Assembly: GCA_039818205.1 (NCBI GenBank)
Contig: JBCBUK010000002.1
Coordinates: 384,001-448,000 of the forward strand
From: Verrucomicrobiota bacterium
GTDB lineage: Bacteria; Verrucomicrobiota; Verrucomicrobiia; Opitutales; Cerasicoccaceae
Length of the DNA stretch: 64,000 nt
Direction of reading: 5' to 3'
Position 1 is the first letter of the stretch; each line of letters opens with the position of its first letter. This document shows, piece by piece, positions 48,301 to 58,278 of the stretch. The position numbers were made by a program, and so were the translations under genes. The notes beneath the pieces were generated by a model that saw only the letters and a list, made by a program, of their open reading frames with translations, was not told the origin of the DNA and did not search any database.

Positions 48301-50193
48301 ATGGACTTTTTTGCGGCTCAAGACCACGCACGTTCTCGGACGAAGTTGTTGGTTATCTACTTTATTATGGCGGTGTGCTGTATCATCGCCTCGCTGTATC
48401 TGCTCTGTATGGTTTTCTATAGCTATGGTAAGACGCCAGAGAACCAGCCTGTCCAGTGGATCTTTTGGAACCCTGAGACGCTCGGAGTCGTTGCCGTTGG
48501 GGTGATCTTGCTGGTGGGCGGTGCCAGTCTATCAAAGATTGCCCAGCTGAAAGGCGGCGGTGGCGTAGTAGCCAAGAGTGTTGGTGGTCGTCGGATTGAC
48601 CCAATGACCCAGGATTCCGATGAGCGTAAGCTGATGAATGTCGTGGAGGAAATGGCTATCGCGTCGGGGACTCCGGTGCCTGAGGTCTACATGATGGATA
48701 ACGAGGATGGCATCAATGGATTTGCTGCCGGCTACACGCCGGACGATGCCGCAATTGCCGTTACACGCGGTTGTGTCCAGCGCCTGAGCCGAGATGAGCT
48801 GCAGGGCGTTATTGCCCACGAGTTTAGCCACATCCTCAACGGCGACATGCGGATGAACATTCGGTTGATGGGGGTGCTGTTCGGTATTTTGCTGATATCA
48901 ATTATTGGCCAGGGCATCTTGCGAGCGGGCTTCTGGTCCAACGTTGGAGGCGGGCGCAAGAAGGATAACAGCGGCGCTGCGATTGCCTTGTTTGGGCTCG
49001 GTGTTCTGGTGATTGGTTATATTGGAGTTTTCTTTGGTCGATTGATTCAGAGCGCAATCTCCCGTGAGCGCGAATACTTGGCCGATGCATCAGCGGTGCA
49101 GTTTACCCGGAACCCCGAGGGGATTGGAGGCGCTTTGATGGCGATCGGCGGCGCGACATCGCAGGTCAATCATCACCACTCGTCGGAGACAGCCCACTTC
49201 TTTTTTGCCAATGCGCTCAAGAGCAGTCTGGGCGGAGCGTTTGCGACACACCCGCCGCTTCAAGATCGCATTGGTCGCATCGTGCCAAACTGGAATGGCG
49301 AATTCAAACGTGCCGACGTTCGTGAGCGCCGTTCGGAGCCGCCTCCAATGCCTAAGGCAGGTGCTAAGCATAAGATTAATCCGGCCGATATGGTTGCGGG
49401 TATTGGTGCCATTGGCGTCGCGCAGCTGGCATACGCACAGCAATCCCGCGCCCAGGCTGAGTCCACACTTGGCGAAGAGATTCACAACCCGGCAAAGGCG
49501 GGTGCCTTAATTCTCGCTCTCTTGCTCGACCGCGATGCGGGTATTCGACAAAAGCAGTTGGCATACCTCAAGCAAGATGGTGGAGCCGAGCTCGCTGACG
49601 CGGTGGCCGAAGACTATCCCAAGGCAACGGCTCAAGGGGTGCGCCAACGCCTTCCACTCATTGAAATGACTTTGCCTGCGCTGGCTCAGATTGGCCGCGA
49701 ACAGTATGACGCGCTCGTTCGCCGGATCGTTAAGTTGTCGGAGATGGACGAGGAAATCTCATTTTTTGAGTTTGCGGTGATGCGACTGGTAAAGCGCCAT
49801 CTTGGTCGGCGGTTTGACGGCGCGCATGGTTCCTCGAAAGTCATTAACTCGGCGGGCCTCGTCCGTGAGCCGTTTACCACCTTGCTCAGCACAATGGTCT
49901 GGGCGGGAGAGCCTGCGGATGGCTCCGAGGCGCAGGCGGTCTTTAATCAAGCCGTTGCCAACGCGCCGCTGTTTCATGGTCAGGTGAAATTGCAGCCGAT
50001 TGACGCTTTGGATTTCAACGCGCTCGATCAATCCTTGGATCAATTGGCGCAGGCGAACTTCGGTTTAAAAAAACAGATTCTTGCGGCCTGCGCGACGGCA
50101 GTTGCGCACGATGGGGAAGTCAATGACGACGAGGGCGAGTTGATTCGGGCGGTCGCGGTTACTTTGGATTGCCCGATGCCACCACTGGTTTGA
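48301..50193 (+). CDS. M48 (HtpX-like) zinc metalloprotease with a C-terminal helical extension
   Basis: MDFF..QD, NVVEEMAIASG, HEFSH, SREREYLADA, THPP; TerB-like C-terminus. Confidence 0.92.
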   Translation: MDFFAAQDHARSRTKLLVIYFIMAVCCIIASLYLLCMVFYSYGKTPENQPVQWIFWNPETLGVVAVGVILLVGGASLSKIAQLKGGGGVVAKSVGGRRIDPMTQDSDERKLMNVVEEMAIASGTPVPEVYMMDNEDGINGFAAGYTPDDAAIAVTRGCVQRLSRDELQGVIAHEFSHILNGDMRMNIRLMGVLFGILLISIIGQGILRAGFWSNVGGGRKKDNSGAAIALFGLGVLVIGYIGVFFGRLIQSAISREREYLADASAVQFTRNPEGIGGALMAIGGATSQVNHHHSSETAHFFFANALKSSLGGAFATHPPLQDRIGRIVPNWNGEFKRADVRERRSEPPPMPKAGAKHKINPADMVAGIGAIGVAQLAYAQQSRAQAESTLGEEIHNPAKAGALILALLLDRDAGIRQKQLAYLKQDGGAELADAVAEDYPKATAQGVRQRLPLIEMTLPALAQIGREQYDALVRRIVKLSEMDEEISFFEFAVMRLVKRHLGRRFDGAHGSSKVINSAGLVREPFTTLLSTMVWAGEPADGSEAQAVFNQAVANAPLFHGQVKLQPIDALDFNALDQSLDQLAQANFGLKKQILAACATAVAHDGEVNDDEGELIRAVAVTLDCPMPPLV

Positions 50194-50197
50194 TCGC

Positions 50198-51160
50198 CTA
50201 GGACTGAATGATCACTCGTAAGTCGTCCCGGCTCGCCGCAAAATCACGAATTTGAGCAGGAGCCATTAGGCACAGCCCGGTTGATAGTGCGTCGGCTTCG
50301 GTTGCGGTGTCAGCGATTACGCTTACCGCCGTGCAGTAGTGGCTGGGCTTACCGGTCCGTGGGTCCAGTAGGTGATGGTAACGACCACTCTCTTCAAACG
50401 GGCTTCCGTAGCCGCCGCTGGTAGCCAAGGCAGTGTTGTTGAGTTCGATCCGCTCAAACAGTGAGGATTGTTTCTTGGCCTCCACGATGCCAATGCGCCA
50501 GGGGTCACCAGATGGCTTTGGCCCGACGGCCCGGGTTTCACCAAGTTCGACCAAGACATTCTCGTAACCCTCGGACTGGAGAATCTCCGAGATGCGGTCG
50601 GTAATGAAGCCCTGCGCGATGCCATTGAGCGTGATGGCCATGCCTGCTTGTTGGAAGCGGATGGCACCGGATTCAACGGATACTTGAGACCAGCCGACGC
50701 GTGAAAGCGTTTTTTTGATAGCCTCGGCGCTTGGCCCAACTTGTGCGCTTGGGTTTTGCGCAAAGTGTTTTGAATATAATTTCCATAGCGGCTGGACCGT
50801 CGGATCAAAGGAGCCGCCCGTCGATCGGTAAGCCTGGTCGGCCGCTTGCAGGATGCTGATCAGCTCCGATGGCGGGGAAGCCAATTGGCCTCCTCGGTTC
50901 AGTTCGGAGATACTCGAACTGGAATCATAGAGGCTAAAGATCTTTTCGAGCCGGCGAATCTCGGCGAAGCAATGCTCGATCGAGGCCTGCGCTTTGTGGG
51001 AGTCGTCTGAAAACAGCCGAAACTGTCCTTCGGCGCCCAACAAGAATCCGTTCCAGGAATATTCCTTAAGGGCAAGGCCACGTTGAGCTCGGAGTGTTTC
51101 GGAGAATGAAAGTCCGGCAATTCCGGTGGCAGCGATTCTGATGAAGCGGCGGCGATTCAT
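50198..51160 (-). CDS. apbE: FAD:protein FMN transferase (Tat signal)
   Basis: NRRRFI Tat motif, FDPTVQP, LNGIAQG, ALATSG, HHLLDPRTG, ADALST. Confidence 0.93.
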   Translation of the reverse strand: MNRRRFIRIAATGIAGLSFSETLRAQRGLALKEYSWNGFLLGAEGQFRLFSDDSHKAQASIEHCFAEIRRLEKIFSLYDSSSSISELNRGGQLASPPSELISILQAADQAYRSTGGSFDPTVQPLWKLYSKHFAQNPSAQVGPSAEAIKKTLSRVGWSQVSVESGAIRFQQAGMAITLNGIAQGFITDRISEILQSEGYENVLVELGETRAVGPKPSGDPWRIGIVEAKKQSSLFERIELNNTALATSGGYGSPFEESGRYHHLLDPRTGKPSHYCTAVSVIADTATEADALSTGLCLMAPAQIRDFAASRDDLRVIIQS

Positions 51161-51909
51161 GCTTTTGCAGTCTCCTTGCGTTTTCCTGATTTTCGGGCCC
51201 AGCCGGTAAGTCCGGTCACAATGAGAATGATTACAGCGACAGCGGACAGATCCATCAGGGTTCGGCCGGGGAGGCCGAACAGTCGTCCAGAGTGAAGATC
51301 GAGGATCACCCGGTAGAGCGGCACGCCATTGCCTTGGTAGCTGGTGAGGATGGCGTTGGCGTCATCGTCGGTTAATGCAACCGTTTGAAAGCCCGTCACG
51401 GTGTAGTCACCCGAGTATTCGCTGAAGTCTAACCATTCCTCATCGGTTTGCCAGGCCTGACCATCGGTCACTAGGATCGTTGTACCGTCCGGGGATTTGC
51501 CAACCGAATCGATACCCTCAAATGGCAGGTCGCCTCCGGAGAATTCTTCAATCAGCTCGCCGGTTGGGGTTAGCAGCAAAACGGCATCAGAGAGGACCAA
51601 GGCAGTAAACAGTTCGTTTTCGCTTATGCCAACAATGGGTCCCCCAGTTGCGAGGGCTTCGTCGTTGCGAAAGACTCGACCGTTGAGATAGGAAATGGTG
51701 ACGCCTCCAGCAAGTGCGATTGCGGTGATGTCGGAGCTCGCGCTCATCCCATACTGGTCGAGGATGAAGGAACTGTGAATGGAGGTTTCGTCGAGGCCGA
51801 GGAATTCAGAATGGTTGAGCGCCAGGCCGGTTAGCGAAACGCTCAACAAAAATATCGCCGCAATGCTGCCAAGCCAGCGGTGAATGGCCAGAATAGTGCG
51901 CCGTTTCAT
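51157..51909 (-). CDS. PepSY-associated TM helix protein
   Basis: IHRWLG..LTGLALNH at the N-terminus and ILDLHSGRLFG..MD..TG at the C-terminus. Confidence 0.85.
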   Translation of the reverse strand: MKRRTILAIHRWLGSIAAIFLLSVSLTGLALNHSEFLGLDETSIHSSFILDQYGMSASSDITAIALAGGVTISYLNGRVFRNDEALATGGPIVGISENELFTALVLSDAVLLLTPTGELIEEFSGGDLPFEGIDSVGKSPDGTTILVTDGQAWQTDEEWLDFSEYSGDYTVTGFQTVALTDDDANAILTSYQGNGVPLYRVILDLHSGRLFGLPGRTLMDLSAVAVIILIVTGLTGWARKSGKRKETAKA

Positions 51910-52442
51910 TTCCGAACCTCCCGGTCGAGAAACAGGGCGAGGCGGGCCATTCGGGTCAACGCATTTACCGATAATGTTGCGCCCGATATGCCATCGATCT
52001 TCTTATTCAGGTCGTCGTCTTCATCAAGAGTCAGGCCTTGAAATTGGTCGGTGAAAAATGGATAACGCACCTCCCAGCCATGACTCTCCCGATAAATTAG
52101 CACCTGCATCTCAACCATGCTTCCATTTTCGATCAGATAACCCGTGGTGATCGGTTTTACTTTACCAATCTCCTCAAGAATCCAAGCGGTCCGCTCGCCT
52201 GAACGCCAGTAGCGGACGCGAAGACCTTGGTATTTCCGGCCAAACACGTCTCTGATTCTAGCTTGGAGATCGTCCTTGAGCCAAAGGGCTTTCTTGGAGG
52301 GGGCGATATCGAAACTCCGTGAGATGAATTCGTCGGGCTCCAGATAGATATCTTCGGCTTGGAGCGCAGAAAACGACAGGGCCGATCCTACTAAGAGGAT
52401 GGCCCTGACCTTACGCCAAAACTGTAAGTTTCTGGCTAGCAT
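51906..52442 (-). CDS. FMN-binding (flavinylated) exported protein
   Basis: Signal peptide; IGK..PIT, YRES.G.EV..F..QF, IDGISGATLS flavinylation motif. Confidence 0.9.
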   Translation of the reverse strand: MLARNLQFWRKVRAILLVGSALSFSALQAEDIYLEPDEFISRSFDIAPSKKALWLKDDLQARIRDVFGRKYQGLRVRYWRSGERTAWILEEIGKVKPITTGYLIENGSMVEMQVLIYRESHGWEVRYPFFTDQFQGLTLDEDDDLNKKIDGISGATLSVNALTRMARLALFLDREVRK

Positions 52443-52519
52443 CAATATTGTTTATCCAAACTATATTCGTAGATTCTGCAATCGATTTTCAGATTTCAAA
52501 TTGGGTTCAAGCCTGTCGA

Positions 52520-53797
52520 CTAGAATACGAATCCGATGCCCAGGTTGACCGCGTAGTCGCCCTTGGCGACAAAGTCATCCGCTCCGGAAACCTCTTCAAC
52601 ATCTGCTTTGAGGACCACGTCGGGGATGGGCCAGTAGTTGAAACCGACTTGGTTGATCGTGTTTTTCGAAAAGGTAAGAGCGTTCTTCTGATACTCGTAG
52701 TAGCTGAAGCGGTAGAAGATCCCAAGCTCGCCGAAGCTATCGAGGTCAAAGATATAGGACGGCTCGATGTAAGTTCCCCACTGTTCCTTTGCGGATTCCG
52801 GCAAGGCGCTACCCCAAAGGTCCCAACGGGCATATTGGGCTTTCAAAGTGATGTTCTCCCAAGTGTATTGGCCGTAGAACGCGGAGAGCAATCCAGAGAC
52901 CTTCGCACTGGAGGTTTGGGCCATGTCGTTTTGGTAGTAGAGCGACGCACCGAGGTCCAATCCAGGGATGCCCGTGTAGCGAACGCGGGCGGTGTAGGCG
53001 GCGTCGTTCAATACGGCTTCAGCAACCTTTTGGCGGCCCGAGCGGATGTTGCCGACGAGTGGGTTGATATTCAAACCGGAGCTGACCGAGGCGTCAACCG
53101 CCACGCCATTGTCGAAACGATAGGTTCCCATAACGCCACCTTCCCACCAGGTGGTCGGAATGATGCGGACGTCTACGCCGTTGCGCTCGACTCCGTAGAA
53201 AGTGGTTGGCTCGTGGTATTCATTCAAGCCGACGACGGGTAACAAATAGAGACCGACGTTCGCTGCGAGTTGATCCGTGACGTCGAACTGAATAAAGGCC
53301 TGCTCAAGCTCGACTTCACCGGGTTTTCCGTCTCCGGCAAGGGCGTGCTCCAACTCAATTTCGGAGAAAAGGCGAATGTTCTCGGTAAACTCGTGATTGA
53401 CGAAAAGAACGAATCGGTGGAAGTCGATCTCGTTGGACGCCTTCGGGAAGAAGTTAGCGTGCAATTCGCCGTAGCCACCGAGGCTCGTGTTTTGGAACCA
53501 GCCAGTCTCTCCCGATCCTTCGCCGCCAATCAATCCGTCCTCAACGGCGCTCACGGTCATATCTAGCTGCTCCTGAGTCTCAATCAACTCAGTCTGGGTC
53601 AGTTGCACTTGAGACTGCGTTTCGGCAGCATCTTGTTGAGCGACTTCAAGCTGAGTTTGAAGATCAGCGATCTGTGCCTGTTGTTCCTGGATGATTTTCC
53701 ACATCTCTTCGACCGACGGTGTTTCCTGGGCGTAAGCGGCGCCAGTTAAGCATAGGCCTGCGAGAGCAATGGTGGAGGTGAGTTGAAGCTTGTTCAT
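52520..53797 (-). CDS. Outer-membrane porin with an N-terminal coiled coil
   Basis: Signal peptide; Q/E-rich coil; GGYGELH, DFHRFVL, EIELEHA, GEVELEQA, HEP.TFYGVERN, IIPTTW; C-terminal LGIGFVF. Confidence 0.88.
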   Translation of the reverse strand: MNKLQLTSTIALAGLCLTGAAYAQETPSVEEMWKIIQEQQAQIADLQTQLEVAQQDAAETQSQVQLTQTELIETQEQLDMTVSAVEDGLIGGEGSGETGWFQNTSLGGYGELHANFFPKASNEIDFHRFVLFVNHEFTENIRLFSEIELEHALAGDGKPGEVELEQAFIQFDVTDQLAANVGLYLLPVVGLNEYHEPTTFYGVERNGVDVRIIPTTWWEGGVMGTYRFDNGVAVDASVSSGLNINPLVGNIRSGRQKVAEAVLNDAAYTARVRYTGIPGLDLGASLYYQNDMAQTSSAKVSGLLSAFYGQYTWENITLKAQYARWDLWGSALPESAKEQWGTYIEPSYIFDLDSFGELGIFYRFSYYEYQKNALTFSKNTINQVGFNYWPIPDVVLKADVEEVSGADDFVAKGDYAVNLGIGFVF

Positions 53798-53867
53798 TTT
53801 GTCAGTTAGGGAGCTGGCCGATCAGCCGAGCTAAATTCTTCGAAACCGAAGAACGCTTTTAGTTGTT

Positions 53868-53911
53868 ATTGAGATTCAGTTTTGAATTCAACTTGGAGAC
53901 TGTGTCTCATT
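53868..53911 (-). promoter_or_regulatory. Fur-like iron box(es) upstream of the porin operon
   Basis: Minus strand TGAGACA-C-AGTCTCC (7-1-7 inverted repeat) plus a weaker adjacent CAAAACT-G-AATCTCA. Confidence 0.55.
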
Positions 53912-53977
53912 TACATATCGTCAAGTGGTTTCTTGAAAAAAGATCGTTTCAAAGGGATATCTGGGATTTGCAGACAC

Positions 53978-54010
53978 AAAAAACGCCAGACGGAAAGCCG
54001 TCTGGCGCTT
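53978..54010 (-). terminator. Intrinsic terminator of the RNase E/G gene
   Basis: CGCCAGACGG-aaag-CCGTCTGGCG with a T6 tract on the minus strand. Confidence 0.88.
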
Positions 54011-54030
54011 TGAAAATGATTGCGTCTATT

Positions 54031-55782
54031 CTACCGCAGTTCTCTGCCGGTTTCGGCGTTCAGTATGCGGAAGTTCTCGACGTGGTAAGCCGGGTCGGAT
54101 CGGAATGACAACTGAACGTTGTAGGCATTTTCGATATCGATCAGGTGTTGCGCATCTTCGCGGCGTAGGCGCTCGAGGTTGGTGGGGTGGATGAGCACGC
54201 GAAGGCTGAGTGGCGTGTCGCCTTTGCGTTCGCCGGCATGGGCATGGCGAATGATGCTAACCAAGCGGCGCTGGATCTCAACGCTCATGCTGCGGGGGCT
54301 CTTTACAATACCCTTGCCTGTGCAATACGGGCATCCTTCGTAGATTCCGCTCGAATGGCTCTCGGAGTGGCGCTGTCGAGTCATCTGCATGATTCCGAGC
54401 TGGCTGATCGGCAGGATGTGGCTCTTGGCTTTGTCGGTTTCCATTTCCTGGCGCATACGCTCGTAGACCAGTCGGCGATCTCTCTTCGACTTCATGTCAA
54501 TAAAGTCCATGATGATCAGACCGCCGATGTTACGCAGGCGAATTTGCCGCGCGATTTCCGAGGCAGATTCCAGGTTAACGTTCAGGATGTAGTTTTTCCC
54601 GTCCTTGTCTTTACCGCGGTGGCCACCGGTATTGACGTCGATTGCGACCAGCGCTTCGGTTTCTTCGATAACGATTTCGCCGCCGCCGGGAAGGGGAACG
54701 CGTCGTTGAAAGGTTTGTTCGATTTGGCGCTCAATATTGAACCGCTCAAAAATCGGAATGTCGTCCGTGAACTGGGCGATTTTACGCCTCGACCGTGGAG
54801 AGATCTGGTTGACCACCTCGATCATCGACTTGTGGCGTGCCTCGCTGTCGACCAACACGCGATCGATATCCTCGGTCAGGAAGTCGCGCACGGTGCGCTC
54901 AATGATATCGGGTTCTTGGTAAAGCATGCAGGGCGCATCCTGAGTTTTGAGGCGATGTTGAATCTCGTCCCATTTCTTCAGGAGCATGTGCAGGTCGCGG
55001 ATGAAGTAGCGGATCTTCTTCCCCTCACCAGCGGTGCGGATGATGACCCCCATACCCTCTGGAATGGTCAACGAGCGCAGGATTTCTTTCAAGCGATCGC
55101 GTTCCGCGCGGTTCTCAATCTTGCGAGAAACCCCGCATTGACCGGAGAACGGCATGAGTACCAGAAAGCGGCCTGGGAGTGCCAGGTTCGTGGTGGTCCG
55201 TGGGCCTTTGGAGCCAATTTGCCCTTTGGTAATCTGCAGGATGATTTCCGTTCCAATCGGAAACATCTTGGGGATTTCCTTGAGGTTGGGCTTATCGGGC
55301 TTGGAGTTTCGTTTGTCCTCCGAGCGAGTGTCCCGGACGACCTCAATCGAATTGTCCTCTTGAGCACCGGGAATGATGTCCCAGTAGTGCAAGAAGGCGT
55401 TTTTGGGTTGGTCGATATCGACAAAAGCAGCCTTCAGGCCGTTTTCGAGGTTCTGAATTTTACCCTTGAAGATGGCGCCAACCATCCGTTTTTCTCCGGC
55501 TCGTTCGACCTCAAATTTATCGAGGACTCCATCGGTCAGGAGAGCGACCCGGGTTTCGAGTGGCTCCGCGTTGATGATTAATTCGCGATAGGGAGCATTC
55601 TTTTGACCAGACAAGGCGCGGACAATTTTTTGGATGATAGGTTGTTTTTTCGCTCGTGAGCGGGATTCCGTCTTCAGCGTATCGGCTGGGATGGGCTCAA
55701 TGATTTCTTCTTTGGGTGGATTTTGAAGTTCTTCATGGAGTTTGGAATCTACTTTATCGTTTGTTTGCGATGATGCGTTCAT
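54031..55782 (-). CDS. rng: Rne/Rng family ribonuclease (RNase G-like, no long C-terminal scaffold)
   Basis: [55 protein letters not shown]. Confidence 0.93.
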   Translation of the reverse strand: MNASSQTNDKVDSKLHEELQNPPKEEIIEPIPADTLKTESRSRAKKQPIIQKIVRALSGQKNAPYRELIINAEPLETRVALLTDGVLDKFEVERAGEKRMVGAIFKGKIQNLENGLKAAFVDIDQPKNAFLHYWDIIPGAQEDNSIEVVRDTRSEDKRNSKPDKPNLKEIPKMFPIGTEIILQITKGQIGSKGPRTTTNLALPGRFLVLMPFSGQCGVSRKIENRAERDRLKEILRSLTIPEGMGVIIRTAGEGKKIRYFIRDLHMLLKKWDEIQHRLKTQDAPCMLYQEPDIIERTVRDFLTEDIDRVLVDSEARHKSMIEVVNQISPRSRRKIAQFTDDIPIFERFNIERQIEQTFQRRVPLPGGGEIVIEETEALVAIDVNTGGHRGKDKDGKNYILNVNLESASEIARQIRLRNIGGLIIMDFIDMKSKRDRRLVYERMRQEMETDKAKSHILPISQLGIMQMTRQRHSESHSSGIYEGCPYCTGKGIVKSPRSMSVEIQRRLVSIIRHAHAGERKGDTPLSLRVLIHPTNLERLRREDAQHLIDIENAYNVQLSFRSDPAYHVENFRILNAETGRELR

Positions 55783-55891
55783 GAGTTGTGGGCGTAGGCC
55801 ATTGTTTGAATATCGGCCGGCGGCACGTTCGCTTCGAGCTGAGTGGTTCCGCGATGCAGCTTATAAAAAATCGCGGGAAATCTGGGAATCG

Positions 55892-57187
55892 TCACGAAAA
55901 GTCGCGACGATAGCGATAAACGCTTTGGATAAGACCTTGCAGGATACAACAGCTAAGCACAAATGAGCCACCGTAACTGAGGAACGGTAAAGGGAGCCCT
56001 GTTATGGGCATAAGACCGATCGTCATTCCGATGTTGATGAATACGTGAATCATTAAAATGACACTGACTCCGACGCACAACAGTGCGCCAAAGCGGTCGC
56101 GAGCCATCCCGGCGATTCGGATGCCGTTTGCGACCAATATGAAAAAGAGGGTTAAGATGATTAAACCGCCGACGTACCCGGACTCTTCAGCCAGGACCGC
56201 GAAAATGAAGTCGTTAGTAGCCACTGTTGGTGGCAAATAACCGAGCTTTGCCTGGGTTCCTTCGCCCAAGCCTTTGCCGGTTAAGCCGCCGCCAGCGACT
56301 GCGTAAAGAGATTGATTTAAGTTCCAAGCGACACCGGTGCCTCGGGGGTCGACCACCGATGGCGCTGCAAAAGCCAGAATGCGATTACGCTGGTAATCCT
56401 TCAACGGAAGCAGGGAGTTATCTTGGTAGACTCCGGCATCCCGAAGCGGCTCGTAGCCGTTGGTGCGCATAAAATCCTGATAACGATACACATCCACACC
56501 GACCCAGAGCACTACCACGAGGAATAGACCAAATACCGTGGCAAAGAACTTTTCAGATAGTCTGGAAACGTAAAGCAGGCTAAAAACCATAGGAGGGAAT
56601 ACCAGCGAAGACCCCAAGTCCGGCTGTAGGAATATGAGAAAGACTGGAATTGAAAATACTACGCCGACTTTTATCAAGACCTTAATCGAGTCCCGGAAGG
56701 TGCCTACTTCTGATCGCGCCAGCAGACTGGCGACCATCATCAGCGTCCCAATCTTGGCAAATTCCGATGGTTGGATCGATGCGGGCCCAAAATCTATCCA
56801 CCGGGTGGACCCATGCCTTGTCTGAATGAGCGGCAGTTGGAAGTCCAGCCCGACATCCAGCATGATGGCTTGCAGCGCCAGCGGACTGAGCAGTGCGACG
56901 CAAAACCAATAGAAGATATGCGCATTCTCGAGGTAGAATTTATAATTGATCAGCGAAGTGACCGTGTAAGCCGTTCCGCCGACAAAAATCCAAACGATCT
57001 GCATCTTCCACGCGCCACCGCCCAAATACTTCTGAGCTGAGTAGATGAAAAATGCACCAATGATGCCCAGCAAGGCGATGCACATCGGGCTAATCCAGTC
57101 GCTCCGATGTTCCTCGCCGAAGTGCATAAAGCGGCGAAGCGGAAACTCACGAATCCATGCATTAATACTGTGGGCTGATGGGGGCAC
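55892..57187 (-). CDS. rodA: SEDS family peptidoglycan polymerase RodA
   Basis: RWIDFG..IQPSEFAK, LQPDLG, YQRNRI, GGLTGKG..GTQ, NDFIF..AEE.G, GMTIGLMPITGLPLPFLSYGGS; adjacent to rng; start uncertain (57187 or 57127). Confidence 0.9.
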   Translation of the reverse strand: MPPSAHSINAWIREFPLRRFMHFGEEHRSDWISPMCIALLGIIGAFFIYSAQKYLGGGAWKMQIVWIFVGGTAYTVTSLINYKFYLENAHIFYWFCVALLSPLALQAIMLDVGLDFQLPLIQTRHGSTRWIDFGPASIQPSEFAKIGTLMMVASLLARSEVGTFRDSIKVLIKVGVVFSIPVFLIFLQPDLGSSLVFPPMVFSLLYVSRLSEKFFATVFGLFLVVVLWVGVDVYRYQDFMRTNGYEPLRDAGVYQDNSLLPLKDYQRNRILAFAAPSVVDPRGTGVAWNLNQSLYAVAGGGLTGKGLGEGTQAKLGYLPPTVATNDFIFAVLAEESGYVGGLIILTLFFILVANGIRIAGMARDRFGALLCVGVSVILMIHVFINIGMTIGLMPITGLPLPFLSYGGSFVLSCCILQGLIQSVYRYRRDFS

Positions 57188-57273
57188 GATGAATTAAGGC
57201 CAAATTAAGCCCGCGGTGCAAGCATTCCGTATGCCGACATTTCGCAACTAAGATGAATCATCTGTGGGCTTGT

Positions 57274-58176
57274 TTAGCGCCACGAGCTAAGGTCTCGACC
57301 GGTCATCAATTCCAGTTCCTCGATCTCTTTGGCCCAAGTTTGGCGGAGTTGCGCCCGAATCGTTGCTGGCATCGTCGGTTTTTCGGTGTGGCTTTGATTC
57401 GCGTTCCAAAGGATTTGGTAGAGGCGCGTGCGGATGCTTGGTGTCACGATTCGACGGAGGGGCCTGCGGATAAAGGCTGGCGGTTGGTTGAGCCAACGTT
57501 TCAACCATCCCTCGCGTTGATTGGGTCGTTCATTCTCGATGCTAAAATTCGGCACGAAGCCGTCGTCTAAATCCAGGAAGCGGAGCACCCGCCGATAAAG
57601 TTCCTCGGGTTCGGATTGCAGGTCTTCATAGAAAAGCACGAGCACTTGGTCCGGTTCAAACTGGGCGTAGAAGCGCTTCAGGATGGTTGCGTATTTCCCA
57701 AGGTCTTCGTAGAACAATCCTTCAAGTGGAATGAGTCGTTCCGGAAGGTATTTGCCGGCTCGGCGGTCGGTTTGGGCTTGGAGGGCCTCATCAAAGGGGA
57801 GCGATTCGCCGCCGTGGCCGAGTAGTAACCCGTGCCAGGAGAAGACGAGATCCGCAGGATCGCGCAGGATGAAAATGAGATTTGCGTTCGGGTTGTGTTC
57901 GCGAATCCGCCTAGGAGCCTCTGGTGACAGGAAATACCAGGTTGAACCGTCGCCGGACCGTTGGTTTGGGTTCGCCCCGTGGTAGAGTTCGGCGTAGTCA
58001 GTTGTTGATTCGATTCGGACGGGGCGCTGGCTTCGGACGGTGAGGTCGCCCGCGAAAAATTGCGGCTCCTTTAGGGTGGGTAGAAATGTGCCCGGATGCT
58101 GGTTTAGCCACTGGTAGAGAGATGTGGTACCGGCCCGCGGCGCACCACAAAGGAAAAAATCAGTCTTCGCATCCAT
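57274..58176 (-). CDS. PAPS-dependent sulfotransferase
   Basis: GAPRAGTTSL (5'-PSB), KEPQFF, ILRDP...S (3'-PB), FYEDL. Confidence 0.92.
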   Translation of the reverse strand: MDAKTDFFLCGAPRAGTTSLYQWLNQHPGTFLPTLKEPQFFAGDLTVRSQRPVRIESTTDYAELYHGANPNQRSGDGSTWYFLSPEAPRRIREHNPNANLIFILRDPADLVFSWHGLLLGHGGESLPFDEALQAQTDRRAGKYLPERLIPLEGLFYEDLGKYATILKRFYAQFEPDQVLVLFYEDLQSEPEELYRRVLRFLDLDDGFVPNFSIENERPNQREGWLKRWLNQPPAFIRRPLRRIVTPSIRTRLYQILWNANQSHTEKPTMPATIRAQLRQTWAKEIEELELMTGRDLSSWR

Positions 58177-58278
58177 CCTTACGGATTAGCATGGGCGGGC
58201 TCCGGCCTGAACGGCAAGAGTCGTTTTCGCGATGATTTCTTCTCGGCGTTTGGTACAAAATTTCTTTTGCTATTAGGA

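Noticed and set aside
54187..55581. 464-aa + strand ORF
   Set aside because: Entirely antisense to the RNase E/G gene, with no recognisable motifs
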